Under the pieces are notes generated by a model. That model ran no database searches, was not told the origin of the DNA, and saw nothing but the letters and a program-made list of their open reading frames with translations. A stretch of DNA of 64,000 bases, taken from an uncultured Defluviitaleaceae bacterium (GTDB lineage Bacteria > Bacillota > Clostridia > Lachnospirales > WRBF01). The stretch is taken from positions 59,455-123,454 of the forward strand of contig CAZHPA010000001.1 in assembly GCA_964533945.1 (NCBI GenBank). Direction: 5' to 3'. Each line of letters starts with the position of its first letter. Positions within the stretch are counted from its first letter, which is position 1. Of this stretch, positions 39,037-49,928 are shown in pieces. A program made the translations under genes and the position numbers.

Positions 39037-40260
39037 TTAAGAAATAGTTATTGGACCATTGGAAGTTTCTGCTGAAAGCTTAACTTTTTTAGCACAAGTT
39101 GAAAAATTGCCTGAAGTTGCTTCAACATATGTTGGCTCGTATTTTGAAAAGCTTAAATCTGAAAGTCCAAGCTGAACGTTGCTTATTGAAGTTTGCGCTT
39201 TAATATAATACCCAACTTTTTTATCTGTTGGAAGATTAATATTTATTTTGTTATTGCTTGTTTCAACAAACCAAACGTATTCACATGCTCTTGCGAAATA
39301 TGGAATTTCCATAATTACGCTCGCATTAAATGAAGATAGTTTTAAATTAGCAACATCAATTCCCCTTGCTTTAATGCCACCGCCAGAATTTTCAATATGT
39401 CCATTATCGCCCGTTAAATTTTCAATCATAAGCTTGCCGTTTTGCCCATCAATTTTCATATTTTGGGAATCAACAGATTTAATTATAACATCCCCATTTT
39501 GATTTGTTACGCTAAAATATGATGAATTTATGTTAGAAGCTTCAATTTTGCCATTAATTGTTTGCAATCTTAAATTGTTAAACAAGCCTTCAGGAATTAG
39601 CGCATCAATATAAACTTTTTCAAAATACTCCTCGTCGTAATTTAAATAGTATTTGCTTCCCAACTTCATAAGCTCGATTTCTGTGCCTTTAACTTTTGTT
39701 TTATATAAAACTTTAATTGTCATTTTGTCGCCATTATAGCCTTTAACAAAAACATCTCCGTTAAACCCAAAAAGGTTTAAATCACCGTGTTTTGAATCAA
39801 TAATTGTTTCAAACGTTTTTGATTCAAGCCCAATTGCAGGTGCAGGCATACTTGGTGCCGATATGGAAGAAGATGGCGGTGGCGTTGAAGGTTTCGCCGG
39901 TTCAGATATGCTTCTGGAAATCATATCGGAAACTTGAACAGCTTTTTCAGCAACAACTTCTGAAAAGCGCTGTATTTTAGGCTCTAAATTTTTTGCAAAA
40001 ACTTCAAATTTTCTTCCTAAATCATTTGCAAGTGCATTAAAATCAACGCTTGAACTTGAGCTTGGAGCCGAAGTTGGCATTGGCGGCGGCGGAGGAAGCG
40101 GAATTTGGTTTTGTTGATTTTGGCTGTTACTATATCCTTTATATACATCGCCACTTGGTTTAGGTGTGTTATCTACAGAACTAAGTAATTGCGCCGCTTC
40201 TTGTGCTGTAATTTTTCCTTCTTGAAGCATTTCTAAAATTTTTAATCTTTCTTGACTCAT
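39037..40260 (-). CDS. DUF4097 beta-strand-repeat protein, YvlB/LiaX-like
   Basis: N-terminal helical motif RLKILEMLQEGKITAQEAAQLL, a Pro/Ser-rich linker, and C-terminal repetitive beta-strands (INGKIEASN..., NGDVIIKS..., NGKLMIEN...). Confidence 0.65.
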   Translation of the reverse strand: MSQERLKILEMLQEGKITAQEAAQLLSSVDNTPKPSGDVYKGYSNSQNQQNQIPLPPPPPMPTSAPSSSSSVDFNALANDLGRKFEVFAKNLEPKIQRFSEVVAEKAVQVSDMISRSISEPAKPSTPPPSSSISAPSMPAPAIGLESKTFETIIDSKHGDLNLFGFNGDVFVKGYNGDKMTIKVLYKTKVKGTEIELMKLGSKYYLNYDEEYFEKVYIDALIPEGLFNNLRLQTINGKIEASNINSSYFSVTNQNGDVIIKSVDSQNMKIDGQNGKLMIENLTGDNGHIENSGGGIKARGIDVANLKLSSFNASVIMEIPYFARACEYVWFVETSNNKININLPTDKKVGYYIKAQTSISNVQLGLSDLSFSKYEPTYVEATSGNFSTCAKKVKLSAETSNGPITIS

Positions 40261-40434
40261 AAGTCCTCCTTATTTGACTTTTTTGCTTTGTCAACTTTTC
40301 ATTATACAATACGTCTATAATTTTTATTTTTAATATGTTAAATTATACGTTTAAATACGTTTAATGTTTGCATTTTTTGTAAAACCATATATAATAAGTG
40401 GAAGAATTTTATAAAAAAATAAGGAGTGGGATTT

Positions 40435-41529
40435 ATGGCAATAGTACATGGAGGAAATATTGACGAAATTGAAAGAATTTATAACATACCAAAAAGCGAA
40501 ATAAAAGACTTTAGCGGAAATATTAACCCATTAGGCGCTTCGAAAGCGGCAGTTAATACATTGCTTGAAAATGCACATACTGCAATAACAACATATCCCG
40601 ATGATAAATATTTAAAACTTAAAAAGTCGATAGCAAGCTATGTTTGCGCCGACGAGCAATATGTAATGGTTGGTAATGGCTCTACAGAACTTATTTCATT
40701 ATATATTAAAACTATTAGCCCTAAAAAGGCAATAATAATTTCTCCGGCATATTCAGAATACGAGCGTGAAATTAAGAACTGCAAAGGAGAAGTTGTTTTA
40801 TTTGAACTTTGCGAACAGCAAAATAGCTTTAGACTAAGCTTTGATAAATTGTTTGCCGCCTTAACACCGCAATACAACTTGCTTGTAATATGCAACCCAA
40901 ACAACCCAACAGGCTATACGCTAAATAGAAATGAAATTGAAATTATTTTAAATCACTGTGAAAAACACGGCATATTTGTCTTGATTGATGAAACATATGC
41001 CGAATTTTCGGAAAATGAAAGCTGCATAACGCTTATTAACAACTACGATAATTTATTTGTTGTTAGAGGAACTTCTAAATTTTTTGCCGTTCCAGGATTA
41101 AGGCTTGGGTATGGGCTTTGTAAAAATGCAAATATACTTGAACAAATTAATAAAGGAAAAGACCCGTGGTCTGTTAATTCTTTTGCTGATTTAGCCGGAA
41201 TTGCAATGTTTTCGGACTACGAATATATTTCCGAAACAAAAAAATTAATTATTAAAGAACGCAACAAGCTTTTTAAAGCGTTAGAGCAAATAGAAGGATT
41301 AAGGCCATATACAAGCCAATCAAATTTTTTGCTTGTTAAAATTACAAACGAAAAAATTACGTCTTCTTTTGTATTTTCTGAATTAATAAAAGAGGGTATA
41401 TTAATACGTGATGCTTCAAGCTTTCCTTTTCTTTCGTGCAAATTTTTGCGTGTTTGTGTTTTACTGCCCGAACATAACAATTTGCTTATTGAAAAACTTT
41501 CAACGTTGTTTAATAAATACAATTCTTAG
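40435..41529 (+). CDS. class I/II PLP aminotransferase-fold protein, threonine-phosphate decarboxylase (CobD)/HisC-like
   Basis: AAGGAG lies 8 nt before the ATG. N-terminal VHGGN motif and PLP lysine RGTSKFF. Confidence 0.7.
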   Translation: MAIVHGGNIDEIERIYNIPKSEIKDFSGNINPLGASKAAVNTLLENAHTAITTYPDDKYLKLKKSIASYVCADEQYVMVGNGSTELISLYIKTISPKKAIIISPAYSEYEREIKNCKGEVVLFELCEQQNSFRLSFDKLFAALTPQYNLLVICNPNNPTGYTLNRNEIEIILNHCEKHGIFVLIDETYAEFSENESCITLINNYDNLFVVRGTSKFFAVPGLRLGYGLCKNANILEQINKGKDPWSVNSFADLAGIAMFSDYEYISETKKLIIKERNKLFKALEQIEGLRPYTSQSNFLLVKITNEKITSSFVFSELIKEGILIRDASSFPFLSCKFLRVCVLLPEHNNLLIEKLSTLFNKYNS

Positions 41530-41711
41530 ATTTTCTTTGTAATTTTCCTATAAAAACTTGTCCCGTTATATTTTAACACATCATATGTTTAATATATATT
41601 ATCTTCGCCCTTAATGTAATTAATTCCAAATTAAAGGGCAAAGACAATATATTTGCAAACTTTTTTAAATGTGATATAATTAAAGTATCCACAATAAAGG
41701 GTTGATACGTT

Positions 41712-42305
41712 TTGAGAACACGTAAGCTATCAATGCTTTTCACTATTGTTTCTATAATAATTTTAATAACTTTACTATTTTTGGAATATAAAGTAGTATC
41801 TATGCAAAATAACTATGCTGCCGGTAAGTCGGATTGTATTTTAATTTTGGGCAATTCATTAGAAGATGGTAAAAATCCAAGCAAATGGCTTTTAGAAAGA
41901 TTAGAGGCAGGGCTTTCGCTTTATAACGACGGTTTTGCCGAAAAGATAATTGTTTCTGGCGGCAAAGGCCCAACAGATAAAGTACCTGTTTCGCAATCTA
42001 TGAAAGAATGGCTTTTGCTTAACGGGGTTTCCGATGAGCATATTTTAACGGAAGAAGCTTCAAAAAATACATATGAAAACTTTAAATTTTCTAAAGCAAT
42101 TGCAAAGGAAGAAAATATTAGAAGCGTTATTGTTGTTACAAATGATTTTCATATATATCGTTCTATGCAAATTGCAAGCAACTTTTTTAAAAACGTAAGC
42201 GGTAAAAGCGTTTATTCTGAATTTGATTTTAAAAAGCTTTTGGCATATTTAAAAGAACCGTTTTCTTTAATTAAATATTGTATTACAACTATTGCCTTTT
42301 ATTAA
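41712..42305 (+). CDS. YdcF/SanA-family (DUF218) protein
   Basis: N-terminal TM. CILILGNSL...IIVSGGKG...TYENFKFS are typical of DUF218. Confidence 0.75.
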   Translation: MRTRKLSMLFTIVSIIILITLLFLEYKVVSMQNNYAAGKSDCILILGNSLEDGKNPSKWLLERLEAGLSLYNDGFAEKIIVSGGKGPTDKVPVSQSMKEWLLLNGVSDEHILTEEASKNTYENFKFSKAIAKEENIRSVIVVTNDFHIYRSMQIASNFFKNVSGKSVYSEFDFKKLLAYLKEPFSLIKYCITTIAFY

Positions 42306-42345
42306 TTTTAACTTTTAAGCTATTTAAATTTAGGAGGTGGTTTTT

Positions 42346-43878
42346 ATGAAACTAAATTTTGCTATGCTAACACTTATAATGTTTATTTTTTGCGGCTGTA
42401 TAATGCAAAGCAGCAAAAACGATGCCATAATAGATTCATCAATTCCCGACATAAAAGCAACCGCCGCCCCAAAAACAATGGAAGAACCCGAACTAGAACC
42501 AACTACAGAAAACACGAATAATATTGAATATGTAATCAATTTAGATGTTGACCCAAAAACACGAATTGTTACAGGTATTCAAAAAGTTAAATTTACAAAC
42601 GTTCAAAGCAAAAGCTTATATAAAGTTTATTTTAACCTATATTTAAATGCTTTTAAAAAAGACAGCAAAATCGTTCCTTATTTTGACAAATTTAAAGATA
42701 AAATTTTTGAAAACGGTATTGATTACGGCTACATTGAAATACAAAGCGTTTCAAACAATAACGAAGAAACAACGTTTAATGTTTATGGAACTACTCTTGA
42801 AATAGACTTAACAGAACCTTTAGTGTTTGAAGAAACAACAGAAATAACGCTTCAATTTGAAGCATATATTCCTTTAATTAACGAAAACACAGGGGCAAAT
42901 TCAAAGGCTATGTGGTTTGGAAATTTTTTGCCTACTCTTTCGGTATATGATAAAGACGGATTTAATATATATCCCAATTACCCTGCCGGAGATTCATTTT
43001 ATACAGAAATTGCAAACTACAGCGTAAATGTAACAGTGCCTAACGGCTATGATGTATGCGGAACAGGCATTAGCACAATTACAGAGCTTGAAGATAAAAC
43101 AACAACTTCATTTACGGCGCATTTTGTTAGAGATTTTGCGTTTGCAATTAGCAAATACTATAAAAAAATGTCGTATACAGGTAAATCTGATGTTGAAATT
43201 AATATGTATTACTATTCAAATTTTAAAGATGTTCAGCACTTTCTTGAACTTGCTGAAAAAAGCTTGAATTACTACAGCCAAAAAATTGGAAACTATCCAT
43301 ATCAAAAGCTAGATATTATAGAATGCGAACTTTCGTTTCCTTCTGGTATGGAATATCCCCAAGTTATTTTTATGGATTCCAGCTACTTACAAAACGAACG
43401 CTCCCAGCTAACACTTGTGCATGAAGTTTGTCATCAATGGTTTTATAATATAATTGGAAACAACCAAGTTAATGAAGCATGGATTGATGAAGGTTTTTGC
43501 TCTTTACTTGCAGAGTATATTTTAAACGATGAGGGCAAAATATACCAAAAGCTAAAAGGGGAGTACGATACGTTGTCGGAAAAATTGGAATCTTTGGAAA
43601 ACAAAACTTTGCTTGATGATATTAGCGTTTATAAAAGCTGGTCAGATTATTATAACGTTCAATATTTGCGCTCTAAATTAATGCTTTACAGTCTTAAAAT
43701 TAAAATGGGCGACGAAAAATTTGAAGACTTTTTAAAGAAATTTTATACTAACTATGCCTTCAAAATTGCTTCTAAAAATGATATTATAAGCATTGCAAGC
43801 GAAGTTTACGGCAGCGATTTAACAAGCTTTTTTAAAAAATGGATAGAAGACAATAAAATGCCCGCTCTTGTTAATTAG
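42346..43878 (+). CDS. M1-family zinc metallopeptidase, probable lipoprotein
   Basis: AGGAGG RBS. Signal/lipobox-like ...IFCGC. HEVCHQWFYN...x18...EAWIDEG matches HExxH-18-E. Confidence 0.8.
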   Translation: MKLNFAMLTLIMFIFCGCIMQSSKNDAIIDSSIPDIKATAAPKTMEEPELEPTTENTNNIEYVINLDVDPKTRIVTGIQKVKFTNVQSKSLYKVYFNLYLNAFKKDSKIVPYFDKFKDKIFENGIDYGYIEIQSVSNNNEETTFNVYGTTLEIDLTEPLVFEETTEITLQFEAYIPLINENTGANSKAMWFGNFLPTLSVYDKDGFNIYPNYPAGDSFYTEIANYSVNVTVPNGYDVCGTGISTITELEDKTTTSFTAHFVRDFAFAISKYYKKMSYTGKSDVEINMYYYSNFKDVQHFLELAEKSLNYYSQKIGNYPYQKLDIIECELSFPSGMEYPQVIFMDSSYLQNERSQLTLVHEVCHQWFYNIIGNNQVNEAWIDEGFCSLLAEYILNDEGKIYQKLKGEYDTLSEKLESLENKTLLDDISVYKSWSDYYNVQYLRSKLMLYSLKIKMGDEKFEDFLKKFYTNYAFKIASKNDIISIASEVYGSDLTSFFKKWIEDNKMPALVN

Positions 43879-43890
43879 GAGGCAAATCTT

Positions 43891-45036
43891 ATGAAAATAT
43901 TATCAATATACGGCGCAATGCCATCATATGACTTTGGTCTTATGAAAGCTTTAAATATCGTTCATAAAACACTTAAAGAACTTTCTGTTTCAATTTCAGA
44001 AGTGTCGCTTTCATACGAACAAATACCGTGTTATGATGGCATAGGTTCGAATGCAGCAGATAAAATAATTGAAGAAATTAAAGAATCAAATGGTATTATA
44101 TTTGCAACAAGTTCAAGCTTGTTTGCTCCAAGTTCGGTTTTGCAATCTTTTTTAGAATATTTTGGTGATATTTCTTGCAAGGATATTTTAGCCGACAAAA
44201 ATTGCTTAATTTTAATTGTTTCTAAAAACGGTGGAGAAAGAAGCAGTTTAGATTATTTGTGCAAAATAGTTAATTATTTTGGAGGGTTTGATACAACTAA
44301 AATATGCATTGATGCAAAAGATGTTGAAAACCAATATTTTAAGCAAATAATTGAAAAACAGGTTGAAGATTATTTTAGAGCAGTAAGCCAAAACCGACGG
44401 TTTTTTATTCCAAACTTTTTAGGTAAAAACATAACGCCTGAAATAGAGCAAAAACAATCGCCAACAAATGAACTTTTGGCAACATTAACGCCTGAAGAAA
44501 AAGAAATACTTCTTGAACTAAACACAACAAAAAAACCCAAAACAACTATTACAGAAGTTTATAAAAAACTTGATTTAGAATCTTTTAACGAAAGGCAAGA
44601 ACAAGATATTAACGACTTAACAGAACTTTTTGCCAAAAAATATAAAGAACCGCAAACCCAAAAAAGCATCGAGCCATTAGCGCAGGCAAACAATAAAGAA
44701 ATTGCATTAATACCACGAATTAAAACTTGCCGCCAAGCAACTCAAAGCCTTCCCCATAAGTTTCAACCACAGCTTTCAAACGGGCTTAATGCCGTTTTTC
44801 AGCTTAACATAACAGGAGAAGAAATATTTGAAGGCTTTATAACAATAGTTAACACAGAATGCACATATGAAGAAGGACAAACTAAAACCCCAGACATAAC
44901 TATAATGGCAAGCGCTTCTGTTTGGGCTGATATTTTAAAAGGTAAATATACAACACAAAAAGCCTTTATGATTGGACAGCTTAAGGTTAGGGGAAATTTT
45001 ATGCTATTAACTAAATTTGACCAGCTTTTTAAATAG
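43891..45036 (+). CDS. two-domain protein: flavodoxin-like/FMN-reductase-like N-domain + SCP2 sterol-carrier-like C-domain
   Basis: N-terminus resembles the NAD(P)H-dependent FMN reductase fold. C-terminus FQLNITGEE...WADILKGKYTTQKAFMIGQLKVRGNFMLLTKF is SCP2-like. Confidence 0.55.
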   Translation: MKILSIYGAMPSYDFGLMKALNIVHKTLKELSVSISEVSLSYEQIPCYDGIGSNAADKIIEEIKESNGIIFATSSSLFAPSSVLQSFLEYFGDISCKDILADKNCLILIVSKNGGERSSLDYLCKIVNYFGGFDTTKICIDAKDVENQYFKQIIEKQVEDYFRAVSQNRRFFIPNFLGKNITPEIEQKQSPTNELLATLTPEEKEILLELNTTKKPKTTITEVYKKLDLESFNERQEQDINDLTELFAKKYKEPQTQKSIEPLAQANNKEIALIPRIKTCRQATQSLPHKFQPQLSNGLNAVFQLNITGEEIFEGFITIVNTECTYEEGQTKTPDITIMASASVWADILKGKYTTQKAFMIGQLKVRGNFMLLTKFDQLFK

Positions 45037-45146
45037 GATGCACAACACTGTGTATCCTAATATAAAACTTCTGCTAGCGAAGCTAGCAGTTAGCATTTTA
45101 AGCTACCAAAGCTTGGCGCTACAGCTTGAGCTTACTGTAAAAAATG

Positions 45147-45175
45147 TTGACAATTTCATTTAGAAATTATACAAT
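45147..45175 (+). promoter_or_regulatory. sigma-A promoter for the AEC transporter gene
   Basis: TTGACA, 17 nt spacer, TACAAT. Confidence 0.6.
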
Positions 45176-45227
45176 AATATTATAATTGGTGTGTAATTTA
45201 GTTCTAAATTTTAGTATTGGAGAAATT

Positions 45228-46196
45228 ATGATTAATCCTGTTTTAAACCAAATTTTAGTTTTTTTGTTAATATCAGCTGTTGGGTTTTTCTGTTTTAAAT
45301 TTAAAATAATTGATGATAGAGTTAAAGATGGTCTATCTTCAATTATTGTTTTAATAACATTGCCTTCTTCTATTATTGCTTCATCTAATATGGATTTTTC
45401 TATGGAGAAAGTTTTGGGAATTGCCCAAATTACGGTTTTCTCCCTTTTTTACTATATTTTAAGCATAATAATTTTCACGCTTTTATCTAAAGCAATAAAA
45501 ATTTCATCTAAACAGCGAAATGTGTTTACGTTAACTATTATATTTGCAAATACAGGCTTTATGGGCTTTCCTATGGTCGAGCTGTTCTTTGGGAAAGAAG
45601 GAGTTTTTTATGCCGCAATATTTAACGTTTTTTTTAATCTTTTTTTATTTACTTACGGCGTAAACTTATTGTCTTCTTCTGCAAATACAAAAGAAAAAGA
45701 TGGCAACGGCAACAAAAGCTTTTCAATAAAGCAAATAAAACAAATTATTTTACAGCCTAGCTTTATTGCTGCTGTTTTAATGATTTTACTTTATGGGCTT
45801 CAAGTTAAGCTGCCTTACGCTATTTTACATACTTTAAATACTTTAGGTTCTTTAACGTCATCACTTTCAATGCTTGTAATTGGTGCAATGTTTGCAAAAT
45901 CTAATTTTAAAACTCTTTTTAACGACATTTCGGTTATTATTGCTTGTTTTTTACGTCTTTTAGTTTGCCCGCTTGTCGTTATTTTTGCATTTTATGCTCT
46001 TAATTTTAACGGCATTGTTGCAATTGTTTGTGTTATTTTAACATCTATGCCATCGGGCGCTTTGGTTGCAATATTTTCAGACAAGTATAATCAAAGCCCT
46101 GAATATGCAATTAAAATTGTTATATGTACAACTTTGCTTTTTGTATTTTCAATGCCGGCAATAACTGCTATTTTTAGCAAGCTGTTGCCTATGTAA
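45228..46196 (+). CDS. AEC (auxin efflux carrier) family transporter
   Basis: About 10 TM segments. MINPVLNQILVFLLISAVGFF is a typical Mem_trans N-terminus. Confidence 0.8.
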   Translation: MINPVLNQILVFLLISAVGFFCFKFKIIDDRVKDGLSSIIVLITLPSSIIASSNMDFSMEKVLGIAQITVFSLFYYILSIIIFTLLSKAIKISSKQRNVFTLTIIFANTGFMGFPMVELFFGKEGVFYAAIFNVFFNLFLFTYGVNLLSSSANTKEKDGNGNKSFSIKQIKQIILQPSFIAAVLMILLYGLQVKLPYAILHTLNTLGSLTSSLSMLVIGAMFAKSNFKTLFNDISVIIACFLRLLVCPLVVIFAFYALNFNGIVAIVCVILTSMPSGALVAIFSDKYNQSPEYAIKIVICTTLLFVFSMPAITAIFSKLLPM

Positions 46197-46261
46197 ATAT
46201 ATTAGCAAGTTGTTTTAGATGTTTTTGAAAAAGGAGGGAAGCTACAAGCTGTAGCGCTGTT

Positions 46262-48604
46262 ATGAAAATATCAACAATTAGTAAACTAACGTCCGGAATA
46301 TCTATTTTGATACTAGCGCTTATTGCGTTATCAATATCGTTTATGGCGTATTCGTTCAATGAAGTAGTTAAATTAAACCATTTACGATATGATGTTATGA
46401 GTCATGCTGAAAAACTAAAGCAAGCATCTCATTTTTTAACAGACCAAGCTCGTGCATTTGCGCAATCGGGAAATATAAAATATCGTGATGCTTATTTAGA
46501 AGAACTAAACGATATTCAAACTATCGAAAAATCAATTGAGGCTATGGAAAAAAACGGCTTGTCTTCTTTGGAAAAAGCAATTATTGATGATATTAAGTAT
46601 CTTTCAGACGAACTTGTGCCAATGGAATTAGAAGCTTTGGAATTAGGCAAAATATTTGAACTAGGGCAGGCAACTTCTCTTGTTTCGGGCTATGAATATC
46701 AAGCCCGTGTTGATAAAATTGAGAATTTATTTGCCGAGTTTGAAAAAGAACTATTAAATAGAGTTGCAGGCCAACTACTAAGAAATGAACGCAAAACATA
46801 TTTTTTGGTTGCTTTTTCGGTTGTATCTATATTTTTAGCTTTAATTATGCAAGTTTTAATTGCTATAACAAACAGAATAAAAGTTATTAAGCCAATCCAG
46901 CAAATTAATTGCGCAATGCAGCGTTTAGTTCAAGGCGAAATAGATATGGAGCTAGACGTTAAAGAAGATGATTCGGAAGTAGGTCAACTAGGCGCTTCAT
47001 ACAATAATTTAGTTGACACAATTTTAACTTTAATTGCAGGGTTTGACCAAATAAAACATGATGTGCTGGAAGGCAAAGTTAACGAACGACTTAACCCCAA
47101 CATTTTAAAAGGTAGCTTCGACGACCTTATAGTTGGGGTTAATGACATTCTTGATTGTTTTAGCACATTTTTTGATTATATACCGCTACCTATTACTATA
47201 ATTAATAAAGACTTTTCTGTTGAATTTGTCAACGATGCTGCTTGTAAATTTACAGGAAAGTCGAAAGAAGAAATTTTAGCATCTAAATGCTCTAGTTGTT
47301 TTAAATCTAATTGCTGTGATACCGAAGACTGTATTTTAAAGAAATGCATTGAAGCAAATTCTGAAATTCGCCATTCATCAAAAGCAAGCCCTTGCGGCAA
47401 AGAATTGGAACTTGAATATATGGGAGTTCCTATTAAAGACGAATACGGTGATATAGGTGGAATTTTAACTATTATTGTTGATAATACAGAAATTAAAAAA
47501 GCTAGAATGCAAACCGAAGCAAGAGCTATCTATAATTCTAATCAAATTTCAAAGCTTATAGCTCAACTTCAACTTTTGGCACACGGAAATCTTGATTTGC
47601 ATTTTGTTCCCGATGAATGCGATGATTTTATAGGTGATATTAAAGAAGACTACTTGAAAATAGGCAAAAGCTTAGATATAAGCAGCAAAGCTATAAAAAG
47701 CTATATTAGCGAATTATCATATGTTCTGCGTGAAATTTCAGATAAAAATTTAACAAGTAAAATCGAAAGAGAATATATAGGAGAATTTGCCGAATTAAAG
47801 CATTCCATAAACACAATTTCTGAAAACTTAAATAAAACTTTTGCTGAAATATTTGTTGTTTCAAAGCAAGTTGAAATTGCTGCTTCTCATGCTTCTCAGG
47901 CAAGCCAAAACTTAGCTGAAGGTGCTTCTTCCCAAGGTGAAGCTGTTGAACAAATTAGCTTAAAAATCTCAAATGTTGCAAGCCAAACAGGGCAAAACGC
48001 AAGCAATGCAAAAGAAGCAAAAGAATTGTCGTTTAATGCTAAATATGATGCCGAAAGCGGAAATAAACAAATTGAAGAAATGGTTGAAGCTATGAATTCG
48101 ATAAAAGAGGCTTCAAAAGATATAGCTAAAATTATTAAAGTTATTGATGGAATTGCTTTCCAAACAAATCTTTTAGCTTTAAATGCTTCTGTTGAAGCAG
48201 CAAGAGCGGGAGTTCATGGAAAAGGGTTTGCCGTTGTTGCTCAAGAAGTTAGAAATTTGGCAGTTAGAAGTGCAAAAGCGGCAAAAGAAACAACCGAAAT
48301 GATTGACAATTCTCTTTTAAGAATTGCAGAAGGAGCAAACATTGCCTCTACTACAAAAGAAGCTCTTTCTAAAATTGTTAACGGAGTTATGGGAACAACG
48401 GGGTTAATAGGAACTATAGCAGAAGCTTCCATATCTCAAACAGAGGCAATTTCTCAGGTTGAAGCTGGTATTAGCCAAATTCTTAACGTTACGTTGTCAA
48501 ATTCGGCAACGGCCGAAGAAAGTGCCGCAACAAGCCAACAAATGGCGGCACAAGCAAAAGTTTTAAAGAATATGATAAATCAATTTAAATTAACAAAACA
48601 GTAG
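46262..48604 (+). CDS. methyl-accepting chemotaxis protein with HAMP and Cys-rich PAS-like sensor region
   Basis: C-terminal MCP signalling domain ([37 protein letters not shown]). Two TM segments and a cytoplasmic PAS-like segment. Confidence 0.9.
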   Translation: MKISTISKLTSGISILILALIALSISFMAYSFNEVVKLNHLRYDVMSHAEKLKQASHFLTDQARAFAQSGNIKYRDAYLEELNDIQTIEKSIEAMEKNGLSSLEKAIIDDIKYLSDELVPMELEALELGKIFELGQATSLVSGYEYQARVDKIENLFAEFEKELLNRVAGQLLRNERKTYFLVAFSVVSIFLALIMQVLIAITNRIKVIKPIQQINCAMQRLVQGEIDMELDVKEDDSEVGQLGASYNNLVDTILTLIAGFDQIKHDVLEGKVNERLNPNILKGSFDDLIVGVNDILDCFSTFFDYIPLPITIINKDFSVEFVNDAACKFTGKSKEEILASKCSSCFKSNCCDTEDCILKKCIEANSEIRHSSKASPCGKELELEYMGVPIKDEYGDIGGILTIIVDNTEIKKARMQTEARAIYNSNQISKLIAQLQLLAHGNLDLHFVPDECDDFIGDIKEDYLKIGKSLDISSKAIKSYISELSYVLREISDKNLTSKIEREYIGEFAELKHSINTISENLNKTFAEIFVVSKQVEIAASHASQASQNLAEGASSQGEAVEQISLKISNVASQTGQNASNAKEAKELSFNAKYDAESGNKQIEEMVEAMNSIKEASKDIAKIIKVIDGIAFQTNLLALNASVEAARAGVHGKGFAVVAQEVRNLAVRSAKAAKETTEMIDNSLLRIAEGANIASTTKEALSKIVNGVMGTTGLIGTIAEASISQTEAISQVEAGISQILNVTLSNSATAEESAATSQQMAAQAKVLKNMINQFKLTKQ

Positions 48605-48713
48605 ACAACTATAGCACCTTTTAGTAGAATAATATGCAGAAAATAAAATATTGGATATTTTCTAATATTAAAACTATTATAAAATTCAACGAAAATTAGG
48701 AGGAAGTTTTTAA

Positions 48714-49928
48714 TTGAACTTTTCAAACAGAATAACAAAAATGCAATTTTCCCCAATTAGAAAACTGGCACCTTTTGCAGAAGCAGCTAAAGCTTCAGGA
48801 AAAAAAGTTTATCATTTAAATATTGGTCAGCCCGACATTGAAACGCCAAAAGAGTTTTTTGAAGCTATTAAAAATTTTGATGGTAAAGTTGTGGAATATG
48901 CACTTTCTCAAGGCATACCTCAATTAATTGATATGTTTATTAAATACTACAAAACATTTGATATACATTTTGAAAAAGATGAAGTGCTAGTTACAAACGG
49001 CGGCAGCGAGGCCGCTTTGTTTTCGCTTCTTGCAATTTGTGACCACGGAGATGAAATAATTGTTCCCGAACCTTTTTATACAAATTTTAATACAATTGCT
49101 CAAGAAGTTGGGGTTAAACTTATTCCAGTATTAACAAAAGCAGAAAATAACTTTAAATTGCCGCCAAAAAGTGATATACAGCAAAAAATAACCAAAAAAA
49201 CAAAAGCGTTTTTGTTTTCGAACCCAAACAATCCAACAGGCGCTGTATTTTCTAAAGAAGAAGTAGATACAATTAAAGAACTTGCGATTGAAAACGACTT
49301 ATTTATTATTTCAGATGAAGTTTATCGTGAATTTGTTTATGATGGCCTTAAACATTTAAGCTTTGCTAAAGTTCCTGAAATTTCAGATAGAGTAATATTA
49401 ATTGATTCGGTATCTAAAAGATATAGTGCTTGTGGCACAAGAGTTGGTTGCATAGCTTCTAAAAACAAGCAATTGATAGAACAAATTATGAAGCTTTGCC
49501 AAGGACGTTTAAGCGTTGCTACAATCGAACAAATTGGCGTTTCAAGTTTTGCTAACGTTTCTACCGAATATTCAAAAAAAGTTTTTGAAGAATATTCAAA
49601 ACGCCGTGACATTGTGTACAATGCGCTTAGTCAAATGGAGGGCGTTATTTGCAACAAACCATGCGGAGCGTTTTACGTTATTGCAAAATTGCCAATTGAC
49701 GATGCGGAAAAATTTGCAAAATTTCTTCTAACAGAATTTTCTATAAACAATGAAACGGTTATGGTTTCGCCTGCCGGAGGCTTTTATGTTACAGAAGGTC
49801 TTGGAACTAATGAAGTTAGAATTTCATATGTGTTAAAAGAGGAAAATTTATACGTTGCTATGAATATTATAAAAGAGGGGCTTATTCAATACAGAAATAT
49901 GGTGACATCGAAAGGAGAGTGCCTTTGA
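48714..49928 (+). CDS. PLP-dependent aminotransferase, class I (aspartate/aromatic type)
   Basis: TTG start after AGGAGG. FSPIRKL...NIGQPD, NPNNPTG and SVSKRYSACGTRVG. Confidence 0.85.
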   Translation: MNFSNRITKMQFSPIRKLAPFAEAAKASGKKVYHLNIGQPDIETPKEFFEAIKNFDGKVVEYALSQGIPQLIDMFIKYYKTFDIHFEKDEVLVTNGGSEAALFSLLAICDHGDEIIVPEPFYTNFNTIAQEVGVKLIPVLTKAENNFKLPPKSDIQQKITKKTKAFLFSNPNNPTGAVFSKEEVDTIKELAIENDLFIISDEVYREFVYDGLKHLSFAKVPEISDRVILIDSVSKRYSACGTRVGCIASKNKQLIEQIMKLCQGRLSVATIEQIGVSSFANVSTEYSKKVFEEYSKRRDIVYNALSQMEGVICNKPCGAFYVIAKLPIDDAEKFAKFLLTEFSINNETVMVSPAGGFYVTEGLGTNEVRISYVLKEENLYVAMNIIKEGLIQYRNMVTSKGECL

